DNA of 64,000 bases from Verrucomicrobiota bacterium. Lineage in GTDB: Bacteria; Verrucomicrobiota; Verrucomicrobiia; Verrucomicrobiales; V1-33. Under the pieces are notes generated by a model. The model saw only the letters and a list, made by a program, of their open reading frames with translations. It was not told the DNA's origin and made no database searches. The stretch spans positions 4,859 through 68,858 of the forward strand of contig JAZKFB010000053.1 of assembly GCA_040386695.1 (NCBI GenBank). Reading direction: 5' to 3'. Of this stretch, positions 27,181 to 37,304 are shown piece by piece. Positions within the stretch are counted from its first letter, which is position 1; each line of letters begins with the position of its first letter. The position numbers and the translations under genes are program-made.

Positions 27181-29109
27181 TCACGGCTGGGCCTTGAGGA
27201 GCGGCTGGATGAGTTCCTGCACGGTCTGCGCCTTGATCAGAAAAATGCCGGGGACTCCGCTGTGGCGGCCGTAATACAGCGGGCTGGGCCCGTTGGCGTT
27301 CATGGGGGCAAACTCCAGACGGATTTTCTCGGTATGGGGAGTGCTGGCTTTGGGGGCGTAGGCCCCGTAGGAGGCCTCGATCACAATGGGAGGCTCCGTG
27401 AGCGCTTTCAGACTGACCCCGGATTCACTCTGCCAGCCGGCCACCTCCAGGCTGGCCAGCACCGGCACCATCCGCTCCGCCGCCTGGGTGTTGAGCATGG
27501 GGGTCACATCCTGCCCTTCCCGGACGGCGGTCCAGGCGAATTTCAGAGCCTCGTAATTCAGTTCAACGGGAGGCGCGGCGCCGATGCTCTGCCGCAGGGT
27601 CCGCAGCTCCTGGGGATCGAAAGAGGGCAGCTGGAGCGTGCGCCAGCGGATCAGCTGACGGGGGATGAGGTCGAAGACCTCGGGCTCGACTTTGTAAACA
27701 TAGGGTTCCCCGGCGAAATTGGCGTATCCGGGTTTGCCCGGCGGCAGGCCGAAGCGCAGCACGCGGCTGTTCTCCGTGGTCACGGGTCCGAGCTGTTTGA
27801 GTCCGGGATGCACGCCGGTGGCGAAGGTGAGGGTGGCGAAGGGTTTGTCAAAACCGTAGAGCGCCTTGTCCGTCAGCGTGTCGCTGGCAAAAGCGACCCG
27901 GGATTCGTTCAGGCCCAGGATCAGCGACTGCACCTGGCCCTCATCGGCCTTCATAAAGTCCCTCGTGCCGGTCTGACGGACCACCCAGTTGCCGCCGATG
28001 CGGTAAAGCTGCACGGAATCGCCCCCGGCCAGCTCCACTTCGAGCGTGGTCACTTTCGCGGGATCGATATTTCCCAGGTGCTGGTCCCGGAAGATATCCG
28101 GGCTGTCAATCTGGGCCAGATCGTCCACCAGCGTTTTGTTCACCTTGAATTCCACCCGGCGGTCGCTGTCACGGCAGATGGCTAATCCGGAGTCCGGGGC
28201 GGCATCGGGATAAAAGCTGAGAGTGGTGCCCTTTTTGTCGGAATCAGCCCCTCCCCAGAAAGTGATGTCCACAATCCCGGGCCCGGCCGGCGCGGCGGAA
28301 CCGGAGCCGGCGGGCGAGAATGACTGGATTCTGGCTTTGGTCATCTCCTTCAGAAACTGGGTGACCAGTTCCTGATCGGCCCGGGCATTGGTCAGCGGCC
28401 GGGTGATGACCCAGAGGGCGGCGTCCTCCTCGCGGATGGAGCCGCGGCCAATTTCGATCACGCCCTCGCCGCGTTTCACGGAGAATTTCCGCAGCTGCTC
28501 CACCGGGTATTTCACCAGACTCTGATCCCGGTAGGCATCCGCCGGCTGGGTCAGGAATTCGTGGAGGTCCGGATGGACGATGTAAACATCCTTCCGGGTT
28601 TTGACGTTGTCGAAACGCACATACATGGCGTTGCCCAGGGGAGCGGTGCGGCCCACCCGCAGGCTGACCAGCTTGCCGCCGCCGGGCTTGCGGTAGGTCA
28701 GTTCGATCTCGCTGCTGTCGTCGAGCCCGAGGGCGGATTCCCTGACTTTGCCATTGGCGATTTCGCGGTCGTCGATGGTGTCGAGGATTTTGGCTTTGGA
28801 CACAAAATCCAGCAGGGTGGTGATGGCGGCGGTGCCGGCCCGGTCCTTGAGACCGCGGGAAATATCCCATGTGCCGTCGGCCTGTTTGCGGAAGGCCAGA
28901 TTCCCGGCCCCGCTTTTCAGATCCACTCCGCCGACATCCTCGGCTTTCACCTCCGGCGTCACCTGGCCGTCCGCCAGAATATCCCCCTCCAGATCGAACA
29001 CCAGATATCCCGCAAGATTGCGGGGCGGCTGTTTGCGTTCGTGCAGGACAATGTAGGAAATGAGTCCGGCAGTGAGCAGGAGAAGCAGAAGGGTGGTGCG
29101 GATCTTCAC
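27181..29109 (-). CDS. DUF4340-like protein (last large gene of the gldA/F/G-type ABC operon)
   Basis: N-terminal TM MKIRTTLLLLLLTAGLISYIVL and a long soluble body. Its position directly after a GldG-like gene is the usual DUF4340 context. The assignment rests on context and general resemblance. Confidence 0.7.
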   Translation of the reverse strand: MKIRTTLLLLLLTAGLISYIVLHERKQPPRNLAGYLVFDLEGDILADGQVTPEVKAEDVGGVDLKSGAGNLAFRKQADGTWDISRGLKDRAGTAAITTLLDFVSKAKILDTIDDREIANGKVRESALGLDDSSEIELTYRKPGGGKLVSLRVGRTAPLGNAMYVRFDNVKTRKDVYIVHPDLHEFLTQPADAYRDQSLVKYPVEQLRKFSVKRGEGVIEIGRGSIREEDAALWVITRPLTNARADQELVTQFLKEMTKARIQSFSPAGSGSAAPAGPGIVDITFWGGADSDKKGTTLSFYPDAAPDSGLAICRDSDRRVEFKVNKTLVDDLAQIDSPDIFRDQHLGNIDPAKVTTLEVELAGGDSVQLYRIGGNWVVRQTGTRDFMKADEGQVQSLILGLNESRVAFASDTLTDKALYGFDKPFATLTFATGVHPGLKQLGPVTTENSRVLRFGLPPGKPGYANFAGEPYVYKVEPEVFDLIPRQLIRWRTLQLPSFDPQELRTLRQSIGAAPPVELNYEALKFAWTAVREGQDVTPMLNTQAAERMVPVLASLEVAGWQSESGVSLKALTEPPIVIEASYGAYAPKASTPHTEKIRLEFAPMNANGPSPLYYGRHSGVPGIFLIKAQTVQELIQPLLKAQP

Positions 29110-29194
29110 GGCGCAGGGGTCAGGCGGGTAATGATGGCGGCGGGCGGTCCGGTTCGGAACTGAACGAAGCGGGGCGGCGGGAGCCTGGAGGCGG

Positions 29195-30859
29195 TCAGCC
29201 CCGGCGGGAACTCCAGACCATGAGGCCGGTCATGAGGGCGGCGAGCGGCAGAATGACGGTGGTGGTCCAGAAAATCCGCTGCCACTGCTCGGGTTTGATC
29301 TGGATGGCGAATTTGTGCTTGGCCTTGTCGGTGGTGCTGTCGTTGGGGGCCACGACGTCGCGGTGCATCATCCAGTTGATGCTGCGGATGAGGAAGTCGT
29401 ATTTCACCTTGGACATGGTGTCGGGATCAGCGAAACCGCTGTTGCCGAAGACAATCAGGCGGGAGCTTTTCATCTGCACGCGCGGGTCCTTGGCGGCACC
29501 GCGCTCGGCGGCGGCGATGACGTTCACCGGGACGCCGGAACCCCCATTGTCCACTCCTTTGTTGAACACCGGATTGTAGGCGGTGTAATCCGTCTCTCCC
29601 CAGTAATCATCCACAGGCGTGCACAGGATGGGTTTCACCTCGATATTTTCGGAACGCTGTTTCTCAGTTCCGGTTTCGATCCTCAGGGACCGGGTCTGGC
29701 CCGTGAGCGTGACCGCCTCACTGACAATGCCGGTGGTGAGGGGGCTTCCATCCAGAAAACGCGCGCCCTCCACCAGGAAATTCTTCACCACTCCCGTCGT
29801 GCGGCTCTGGGAACTCATCACCCGGTCCGCCAGGGGCACGACGCCATAATCAGTGAGGAATTTATCCAGCAGCGGCGTCGCGTGCTCGGGATTGAGCATC
29901 ACGCACAGCGAATGCCCGGGGGTCTCCAGATATTCCCGCAGCCGGGTGATCTCCTGATCGGTGCCGTCCTCGGGGGCGATCCAGATGAGCGCGTCGGAGT
30001 CGAGCTTTTCCTTGCTGTTGTTGATGGAGTAGGGCTGGAAGTCGATGTTCTGGAGCGTGCAGATATCCAGCAGAACATCAAAAGCGGAGCTGCCGTCGGG
30101 AAGCCTCCGGGGCACCCCCAGGCCGGCGGCGATGCCCAGTTTGGGCTTGTTGATGGTGGTGACGCCGTGAATCGCGGAATTCAGCAGGCTCTCCCCTTTG
30201 AAAGCCTGGGGCATCAGCGTTTTGGGATCCACATCGTAAAGCGCGGCCTCCGTGATCCAGCGCTGCGCGCCCTCGGGATTGGCGGTGGTGGCTCCCGGCA
30301 TGTCCGCCTGGATGAGGACTCCGTTTTTGTCAAAATTCGTCTTGGTCCTCAGGCCCTGCTGCACCTTGAAAGCCTCCCACGCGGCGGTGTCGCGCAGGGT
30401 GTCGATGACCTTGACCTCCAGCTTGCCCTTCATGGCGTCCTTGTATTGCTGAAGGAGGGCGCTGAGGTCTTTTTCGGTCTCGTTCCCGCGCACCGCCAGA
30501 ACCGTGATGCGGACCGGAACCGTGATTTTTTTCAGAAACTCCACCGTGGTCGGCGCGAGGGTGAAGCGCTTCTCATAGGTGTTGTCCCATTGCTTGAAGT
30601 GGCGGGAGGCGAGGTAATTCACCAGCCCGTAAAGCACCAGTCCCAGCAGCAGCTGGATCCCCACATTGAAGGCGATGCGCAGCCGTTGAATATGCGGCAC
30701 CTCCGGCGGACTGAAGGGCGGCGCGGTGGTGCCGGCGTCCGGATCCGGGGCGGGCGCGGGCGGCGTTTCAGCGGCGGGCGCATCTCCGGGGATTGCCGGA
30801 GCGGCCCCGGTAGCGGGCGACGGGTCCGGAGCGGCGTCAGGAGGGAGATCCTTCGTCAT
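29195..30859 (-). CDS. GldG-like ABC-transporter auxiliary protein with Pro/Ala-rich N-terminal extension
   Basis: Two flanking TM segments (IAFNVGIQLLLGLVLYGLVNYL near the N-terminus, IFWTTTVILPLAALMTGLMVW at the C-terminus) around a large extracytoplasmic domain. It follows an ABC-2 permease. Confidence 0.75.
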   Translation of the reverse strand: MTKDLPPDAAPDPSPATGAAPAIPGDAPAAETPPAPAPDPDAGTTAPPFSPPEVPHIQRLRIAFNVGIQLLLGLVLYGLVNYLASRHFKQWDNTYEKRFTLAPTTVEFLKKITVPVRITVLAVRGNETEKDLSALLQQYKDAMKGKLEVKVIDTLRDTAAWEAFKVQQGLRTKTNFDKNGVLIQADMPGATTANPEGAQRWITEAALYDVDPKTLMPQAFKGESLLNSAIHGVTTINKPKLGIAAGLGVPRRLPDGSSAFDVLLDICTLQNIDFQPYSINNSKEKLDSDALIWIAPEDGTDQEITRLREYLETPGHSLCVMLNPEHATPLLDKFLTDYGVVPLADRVMSSQSRTTGVVKNFLVEGARFLDGSPLTTGIVSEAVTLTGQTRSLRIETGTEKQRSENIEVKPILCTPVDDYWGETDYTAYNPVFNKGVDNGGSGVPVNVIAAAERGAAKDPRVQMKSSRLIVFGNSGFADPDTMSKVKYDFLIRSINWMMHRDVVAPNDSTTDKAKHKFAIQIKPEQWQRIFWTTTVILPLAALMTGLMVWSSRRG

Positions 30860-30890
30860 TTTAGCAAAAATAGAGGGGGGAAAAGGGAAA

Positions 30891-31649
30891 TCAGGCTCTC
30901 CAGCGGCGGTATTCCAGCACCTGATGGGTGGCGGCCAGCAGCAGCGCGGTCCCGCTGAAATAATAAATCAGGGCGCGGCTGTCGATAAGGCCCAGAGTGA
31001 AATAATCCATGTGCCGCACGGTCACGGCCTGATCAATGAAGGGCCGCAGCTGGTCGGGGTTGTCCTGGGAGATATACATCAGGAAATACCCCGTGAGGAA
31101 ATGGAGCAGCATCAGAGCAAAGGCCAGAATGGCCGCGATGATCTGATTTTTCGTCAGCGCGGAAGCCAGGCAGCCCATGGCCAGATGGAACAGCCCGGTG
31201 ACAAAAACGATGGTGTAACTGCCGGCGAGGGCTCCCAGGGGGATTTCCACCTGCCCTTTCATGATCCAGTTCAGCAGGCCGAAATACAGCAGTCCCGGCA
31301 GCCAGAGCACGCTGTAGAAAATCACGGCGGAACCGAATTTCGCCATCAGCACCTGCCAGGTGCGCACGGGCGCGGTGAGCAGGCTTTCCAGTGTCCCCTG
31401 CCGCTGCTCCTCCGCGAAAAGGCGCATGGTGATCAGCGGGAACAGGAAAAAGTAATAATACCAGAACCACTGCGGGAAAAACGTCCACCGGACGATGCTG
31501 AACTCCGAGGGCTTGTCCCGGAGAAAACTGATGGACGCGCTGAAGGACACGCCGGTGATGGCCATGAACAGCGCCAGCACCACCCAGGCGACGGGGGACT
31601 GGAAAAAGGCCCGCAGTTCTTTGCCGAGCAGAATGAGGAAGGTTCGCAT
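30891..31649 (-). CDS. ABC-2 type transporter permease (GldF-like)
   Basis: 252 aa with six hydrophobic segments, immediately downstream of the ATPase gene. Confidence 0.8.
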   Translation of the reverse strand: MRTFLILLGKELRAFFQSPVAWVVLALFMAITGVSFSASISFLRDKPSEFSIVRWTFFPQWFWYYYFFLFPLITMRLFAEEQRQGTLESLLTAPVRTWQVLMAKFGSAVIFYSVLWLPGLLYFGLLNWIMKGQVEIPLGALAGSYTIVFVTGLFHLAMGCLASALTKNQIIAAILAFALMLLHFLTGYFLMYISQDNPDQLRPFIDQAVTVRHMDYFTLGLIDSRALIYYFSGTALLLAATHQVLEYRRWRA

Positions 31650-31691
31650 GAAGAGTCAGTAAAAAAAGCTCGTGTGGCGGGGCGGGATCAG

Positions 31692-32624
31692 TCAGTCGCG
31701 CTGGGTCAGCTCCACAAAAACATCCTCCAGCGTGGCCGTGTGGCGGGTCAGTTCGCGCAGGGGCCAGTGTTCGGTCAGCGCCAGCTGGCTGAGAGCCTCG
31801 CGGATATCCGGACCGGGCTCGACGCGCAGGTCAAAACGGTGCCAGCCGTCCCCGGCATCCGAGGAGGTGAGGCGTCGCACGTGCTCCAGGGACTGGATTT
31901 TCTCCCCGGCCACCGCCGGATTGGCCTTCACCTCCACGGTCACCACGCCGCTGGACTGAAGATTCCCGGCCAGCGCCTCCGGCGTGTCATCCGCGCGGAT
32001 GCGGCCTTTATTGATGATGATCACCCGGCGGCAGCTCACCTCCACCTCGCTCAGAATGTGCGTGGACAGCAGAATGGTGTGCTCGCCCGCCAGCTGGGTG
32101 ATGAGATTCCGCACCTGGCGGATCTGGTTCGGATCCAGCCCGTTGGTGGGCTCGTCTAGAATCAGCAGGCGCGGCTTGTGGACCAGCGCATCCGCGAGGC
32201 CCACGCGCTGACGGAACCCTTTCGACAGGTTGGAAATCATCTTTTTACGGACCTCGCCCAGTCCGCAGTACTCCATGGCGCGCTCCACGCTGCTTTTCAC
32301 CGCCCGGATGGGCACGCCCTTCAAACCGGCGCGGAAAGTCAGATACTCAATGACGCGCATGTCCTCGTACAGCGGGACGTTCTCCGGCATGAATCCGATT
32401 TCCCGGCGCGCCTGGAGGGAATCCGAAAAAACATCGTGCCCCGCGATACTGGCCTCTCCGCTGGTGGGGGGCAGGTAGCCCGTGAGCATGCGCATGGTGG
32501 TTGTTTTTCCCGCGCCGTTGGGACCGAGAAATCCCACAATCTCCCCCTTCCCCACCGCAAAAGTGATCGCGTCCACCGCCGTGCGGCCCACGAAGCGCTT
32601 GGTCAGATTCTTAACGTCAATCAT
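31692..32624 (-). CDS. ABC transporter ATP-binding protein (GldA-like)
   Basis: Walker A GPNGAGKTT, signature LSKGFRQR, Walker B LLILDEPTNGLD. Confidence 0.9.
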   Translation of the reverse strand: MIDVKNLTKRFVGRTAVDAITFAVGKGEIVGFLGPNGAGKTTTMRMLTGYLPPTSGEASIAGHDVFSDSLQARREIGFMPENVPLYEDMRVIEYLTFRAGLKGVPIRAVKSSVERAMEYCGLGEVRKKMISNLSKGFRQRVGLADALVHKPRLLILDEPTNGLDPNQIRQVRNLITQLAGEHTILLSTHILSEVEVSCRRVIIINKGRIRADDTPEALAGNLQSSGVVTVEVKANPAVAGEKIQSLEHVRRLTSSDAGDGWHRFDLRVEPGPDIREALSQLALTEHWPLRELTRHTATLEDVFVELTQRD

Positions 32625-32921
32625 GCGGGAAAGTTGGAGGGAGGAAAAAGGAAAGGCGGCTGCGGCCGGCGGCCACAGCCGGGGCGGGTCCGTTCTTTAG
32701 CCGCCCCGCTCCGGATTGACAAGGAAAGTTCTCACCAGGGACGGGAGTTCCCGGCCGGCGGCGGCGGCCCGGGGATCACCGGCGTGCCCTGGAGAGAGTC
32801 ACCGGAAATCTTAATAAAATAATTGGCTCTAAATTAAACCATTAAACGCCCCTTTGGGTAAAACATTATGAATCAGGATGTTTCGAAGGATGGGGCACTT
32901 GAATAAACCAACCATAATTGC

Positions 32922-34136
32922 ATGATAATCTCTGTTCCCACGATTCAGAAAAAACTTTCAGGAATGGCCTCGGTCATTTTTATGATCAGTGTTTCCGGAG
33001 GATTCGCACAGCAGAAGGAGTGGAAGTATCACCGGACCGCCGATGGTCTGCATCCCAGTCCCATTGAACAGAAAATGATGTGGCTGATGAACCGGGCCCG
33101 CGCCAATCCCGCCCGGGAGGGAGTCTGGCTGTCCTCCACCGGTGATCCCTCGATTGGAGCGGCCGTCAGTTATCTCGGTGTCGATATGGCCAGAATGCGG
33201 TCGGAATTCGCGGCCATTCCCGCCGCGCCGCCCGCCGCTTTTGACCGGCGTCTCCACCGGGGCGCCGAGCTTCATTCTGTTTACATGATCAGCACGGACA
33301 GCCAGACCCACGACGGTCAGGGCGACCTGCTGAACGATTCGGGCTTTGTCTGGGACACGGCGCTGCTGAGCGTTTTTGCCTACTGCGAAAATGCGGTGCA
33401 TGCCCATGCCGCCCTGAATATCGATTACGGGGATGGCGCCGGCTCGGACGGCGGCATGCAGCAGGGCCGGGGTCACCGGGTGGCGCTGATGTCGGATATG
33501 CCGGGGCAGCCCGTTCTGAGCAATGTGGGGCTGGCGATGGTTGAGGATCATCAGACGGCCACGGAGGTGGGACCTTATATTTTCAGCGCCTCCTACGCCT
33601 CCGCCTGGGAGGAGGCGCCGGACAGCTACAACCGGTTTGTGGTCGGCACCGTCTGGAACGACCTGAACGGGAACAGAATGTACGACGAGGGCGAGGGCCT
33701 GGGCGGCGTGCGGGTGGAACTGGATCACGGCAAATACTTCGCCGTGACCGCCGCCGCCGGAGGATTCTCCATCCCGGTTCTGGAGCCCGGCGATTACGTC
33801 GCCACCTATTCCGGGGGCGCTTTCCCGGGAAGTTTTTCCGCACGGCTGGAGATCGGGGAAGTCAGTGTTCAGGCGGATGCGGAGATATCCTCGCTTCCTC
33901 AGACTTATATTCCTCCTGTGGTCGAGGCCCCGGCCCCGTTGACCGCCTTCCTCAACGTGGACTCCGGCAGCACTCTGATTCTTTCCTGGACCGGCGGCCG
34001 CCCGCCCTACCAGGTTCAGCGCAGCCGCCGCCTCACGGACGGTTGGGAGGATGTGGGAACGCCCACTGAGGCCACTTCCATGACCCTGCCGATGGATGAA
34101 TCCGCCGGGTTTTTCCGGATCAGGGATTCGCAGTAG
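32922..34136 (+). CDS. secreted CAP/SCP-domain protein with SdrD-B-like and C-terminal beta-sandwich modules
   Basis: Signal peptide. CAP-like MMWLMNRARANPAREG...LHRGAELHSVYM...GHRVALMS. GTVWNDLNGNRMYDEGEGLGGVRVEL. C-terminal LILSWTGGRPPYQVQRS...GFFRIRDSQ. Confidence 0.7.
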   Translation: MIISVPTIQKKLSGMASVIFMISVSGGFAQQKEWKYHRTADGLHPSPIEQKMMWLMNRARANPAREGVWLSSTGDPSIGAAVSYLGVDMARMRSEFAAIPAAPPAAFDRRLHRGAELHSVYMISTDSQTHDGQGDLLNDSGFVWDTALLSVFAYCENAVHAHAALNIDYGDGAGSDGGMQQGRGHRVALMSDMPGQPVLSNVGLAMVEDHQTATEVGPYIFSASYASAWEEAPDSYNRFVVGTVWNDLNGNRMYDEGEGLGGVRVELDHGKYFAVTAAAGGFSIPVLEPGDYVATYSGGAFPGSFSARLEIGEVSVQADAEISSLPQTYIPPVVEAPAPLTAFLNVDSGSTLILSWTGGRPPYQVQRSRRLTDGWEDVGTPTEATSMTLPMDESAGFFRIRDSQ

Positions 34137-34234
34137 AAATGCGGTCCGGCACCGGCGGCAATGAGAACCGTTGAGAAGGGAAAACCCCTCCTTTCACAGG
34201 GAATCCATTCCTCCTCCCCGTCCGGCGGGCCAGC

Positions 34235-34270
34235 AAAAAAGGGAGTCCGGATCATCCGGACTCCCTTTTT
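34235..34270. terminator. bidirectional intrinsic terminator between the convergent CAP-domain gene and secDF
   Basis: AAAAAA, GGGAGTCCGGA, tca, TCCGGACTCCC, TTTTT. This is a perfect 11-bp stem with a 3-nt loop, flanked by A- and T-runs. Confidence 0.85.
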
Positions 34271-34296
34271 CTGTTTCATTGATCCGGCCGGTTCCC

Positions 34297-36828
34297 TCAG
34301 GATGCGGCGGGGCCGGGCTTGGCGTCTTTGACAGGCTTCAGCGGGGCTTCGCGCTCCATGGTGCTCAGCGCCTCCAGACGGAGGGCATCGGCATCCAGAA
34401 TCTGCTTGCGCAGGTTCAGATTGCGCTTGTTGGCCCACCACAGCACCGTCGGGGAGGCAATGAAGACCGTGGAGTAAATCCCGGTGAGCATCCCCACCAG
34501 CATGGTGAAGGAGAAATCGGCCATGGATTTGCCGCCGAAGACAAACATGGCGATCACCGCCAGCGAGGTCACCAGGGTGGTGATCAGCGTGCGGCTGAGG
34601 GTGGCGCTGATGGCGTGGTTGAGAATGTCGGACAGATCGCCTTTCTGAGTGCGCAGGTTTTCCCGGACACGGTCGAAAATAACAATGGTGTCGTTCACCG
34701 AGTAACCCGCGATGGTCAGGAAAGCGCCGATCAGAATCATGCCGATTTCCCGGCCGCTGATGGCGACGGCCCCGACGGCCACGATGACGTCGTGGATGAG
34801 GGCGACAATCGCGCCCACAGCGAAAGCGAATTCAAAGCGGAAACTCAGGTAGATAAAGATGCCCACCAGACCCGCGACGACAGCAATGGCGGAGTTGATC
34901 AGCATTTTGCGTCCGACAGCGGAGCCCATGGTCTGCACATCGGGGGCCACTTTGGTCAGTTCGGGAAATTGAGCCCCCAAATCCTTCCGAAGCTCATTCA
35001 GAACGGCGGTGGAGGTGTCCGGACCGCTGCGGATTGAGAAAAAGGCCTGACCGCCCAATGGCTGGCGGGACTGGATGCTGATGCTGCCGGCGTCAAATGT
35101 CTCACCGGTGGCAGTCTTCACCGAAAAATCCTCCAGACTTTTGGTGATCTCCGCCTCCGTCAGACCCTGCACAACCGGCAGGTTGATGGCATCGCCGCCG
35201 CGCAGCTCGTAACCCAGGATGTGATTGCCCTTCATCACCACCGCGCCGATGCAGAGGAGGGAGACAATGCCGGAGATCACGAAGCAGATCCGGCGTTTGC
35301 CCATGAAATCATAGAGCTTGTTGTTGATCAGGTGGAGGAAGGTGATCTTCTGCACGCCGAATTTCGCCAGCCACAGGAAGCAGACGCGGGTGATGAGCAG
35401 CGACGAGAAGAGGGACGCCAGCAGACCGATGGTCAGCGACAGGCCAAATCCGTAAATCGCCCCGGTGGCGATGACCATCATCAGGGAGGCGGTCAGCAGG
35501 GTGGTCACGTGGCCGTCGAAAATAGCGCTGAAGGCCTTGTCGTAGGCGGCGTTGATGGCGGCGGTGAAGGATTTGCCCTGGGCGAACTCCTCACGCATGC
35601 GCTCGTAAATCAGCACGTTGGCATCCACCGCCATCCCCAGGGTGAGGATAATCCCCGCGATGCCCGGCAGGGTGAGCGTGAATCCGAAAATCTGCATCAG
35701 CCCCAGCAGAAGCAGCAGATTCACCACCAGACCGACCACGGCAATGATCCCGGAGAGGCGGTAATAAATCAGCATGAACAGCAGAGTCGCCGCCAGGCCC
35801 CAGTAAATGGAGTTGAGGCCCTGCTGCTGAACTTCCTTCCCGTAAGTCGGGGAAGTGGTGCTGGCCTGCTCCACTCTCAGCGGATTCTCCAGCGGGTTCT
35901 CCATGGCGCTGGCCAAATCGGCGGCGCCTTTCTGGTCAAAATTGCCGCTGATCGAGAAGCGGTCACCCAGCACGCTGTTGATGGTGGGGGCGGAAAGCAC
36001 CACGCCATCCAGCACAATGGCCATCGGATGACCTTCGTTCTCGGTGGAAAGCTTCTTCATCTGGTCCGCGCCCTCGCTGGTCAGCGTCACCATGATCTCG
36101 TAATTGAGGTGGCCGGGCTGCAGGGTGGGGAACGCGGATTTCACGCTCTTCCCGGACATTTCGGCCCGGTTTTTCACGTAAATCGTCTGCTCAATTTTCG
36201 GAGCCGCGTCCGCCGCCTTGTCCTTATCCTTGGAGTCATCCCGGTCCTTGTAGGGCATCAGGGTGAAGCCGGGTTTAATACCGGTTTCCACGCCAAGTGG
36301 ATTTGGCACCGCGTAAAACGCCGGTTTTCCGCTGTCCGTGTTCTCTCCCCGGGGGCGCTGGTTATCCGGGCTGAGAAGCCGGAGCTCCAGCTTGGCCACC
36401 CGCTCAATGATGCCCCGGCTGGCACGGATCTCCTCATCCGAGAGACCCGGAACTTCCACATACAGACCGTCCTCCCCCTGGGGAGTGACCGTCACGTCTT
36501 TGGAATTCTGGGGGTTGAGGCGTTTTTCAATGATTTCCTGGGCGCTGCGGAGCGCCTCCAGATTCAGCATGCGGCCCTCGGCGGGCTGCACCCGGACGAG
36601 GAAAGCGGCCCCGCCCTGAAGGTCAATGCCCAGCTTCAGGCCCAGTCCGATGCAAAAGAGGCTGAAAGCGCTCAGGATGATGGCCAGGGCGGTGCCCACT
36701 TTGCGTTTCCGGTCATCCGTCTCCGCCGCGAAATACCAAACGAAAAGCAGGGCCGCCGCGATCCCCACGACCATGACCATGTAGGGCAGATAGGGTGCGA
36801 AGGGTAGAAGTTTGTCTTTGAAATTCAT
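34297..36828 (-). CDS. secDF: protein translocase subunit SecDF (fused)
   Basis: 843 aa with two 6-TM SecD/SecF-type blocks (LGIDLQGG..., GMAVDANVLIYERMREE, AGYSVNDTIVIFDRVREN). Conserved tgt-yajC-secDF order. Confidence 0.95.
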   Translation of the reverse strand: MNFKDKLLPFAPYLPYMVMVVGIAAALLFVWYFAAETDDRKRKVGTALAIILSAFSLFCIGLGLKLGIDLQGGAAFLVRVQPAEGRMLNLEALRSAQEIIEKRLNPQNSKDVTVTPQGEDGLYVEVPGLSDEEIRASRGIIERVAKLELRLLSPDNQRPRGENTDSGKPAFYAVPNPLGVETGIKPGFTLMPYKDRDDSKDKDKAADAAPKIEQTIYVKNRAEMSGKSVKSAFPTLQPGHLNYEIMVTLTSEGADQMKKLSTENEGHPMAIVLDGVVLSAPTINSVLGDRFSISGNFDQKGAADLASAMENPLENPLRVEQASTTSPTYGKEVQQQGLNSIYWGLAATLLFMLIYYRLSGIIAVVGLVVNLLLLLGLMQIFGFTLTLPGIAGIILTLGMAVDANVLIYERMREEFAQGKSFTAAINAAYDKAFSAIFDGHVTTLLTASLMMVIATGAIYGFGLSLTIGLLASLFSSLLITRVCFLWLAKFGVQKITFLHLINNKLYDFMGKRRICFVISGIVSLLCIGAVVMKGNHILGYELRGGDAINLPVVQGLTEAEITKSLEDFSVKTATGETFDAGSISIQSRQPLGGQAFFSIRSGPDTSTAVLNELRKDLGAQFPELTKVAPDVQTMGSAVGRKMLINSAIAVVAGLVGIFIYLSFRFEFAFAVGAIVALIHDVIVAVGAVAISGREIGMILIGAFLTIAGYSVNDTIVIFDRVRENLRTQKGDLSDILNHAISATLSRTLITTLVTSLAVIAMFVFGGKSMADFSFTMLVGMLTGIYSTVFIASPTVLWWANKRNLNLRKQILDADALRLEALSTMEREAPLKPVKDAKPGPAAS

Positions 36829-36932
36829 GGGAATGGAGGCGGAAAGGAATGCGTGGATGGACGCGGACTGCCGGAAGAGGAAGCGGTGCGGCGCGCGCAG
36901 GGGAGCGGCACCGGATTTTGAACTCGTCTAAC

Positions 36933-37292
36933 TCAGGATTTGACCACTTCGGCAGCCCCCACTTCAGGCTCATCCGACTTTTTGGTGATGCTGGTGACGG
37001 TGACTTTCTCCACCTTGATCTTCACTCCGTCGGCGATTTTCAGCGTCACCACCCGCTCGCTGACATTGGTCACCAGTCCGTGAATGCCGCCGGCGGCCAC
37101 CACCTCATCCCCGGTTTTCAGAGCCGCCAGGCGCGCCAGATGCTCCTTGCGCTGACGCTGCTGGGGACGGATGAGCATGAAATAGAACATGACCATCATC
37201 AGCACCAGCATGGGCAGCGGACCGGAAAGCAGGCCGCCGGCCTGGGCGGGGGCCGGAGCCTGGGCGAGGAAGGAGAGGGCTGACAGATTCAT
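36933..37292 (-). CDS. yajC: preprotein translocase subunit YajC
   Basis: Single TM followed by MLIRPQQRQRKEHLARLAALKTGDEVVAAGGIHGLVTNV. Located between tgt and secDF. Confidence 0.9.
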   Translation of the reverse strand: MNLSALSFLAQAPAPAQAGGLLSGPLPMLVLMMVMFYFMLIRPQQRQRKEHLARLAALKTGDEVVAAGGIHGLVTNVSERVVTLKIADGVKIKVEKVTVTSITKKSDEPEVGAAEVVKS

Positions 37293-37304
37293 GATCGTGA
37301 AAAA

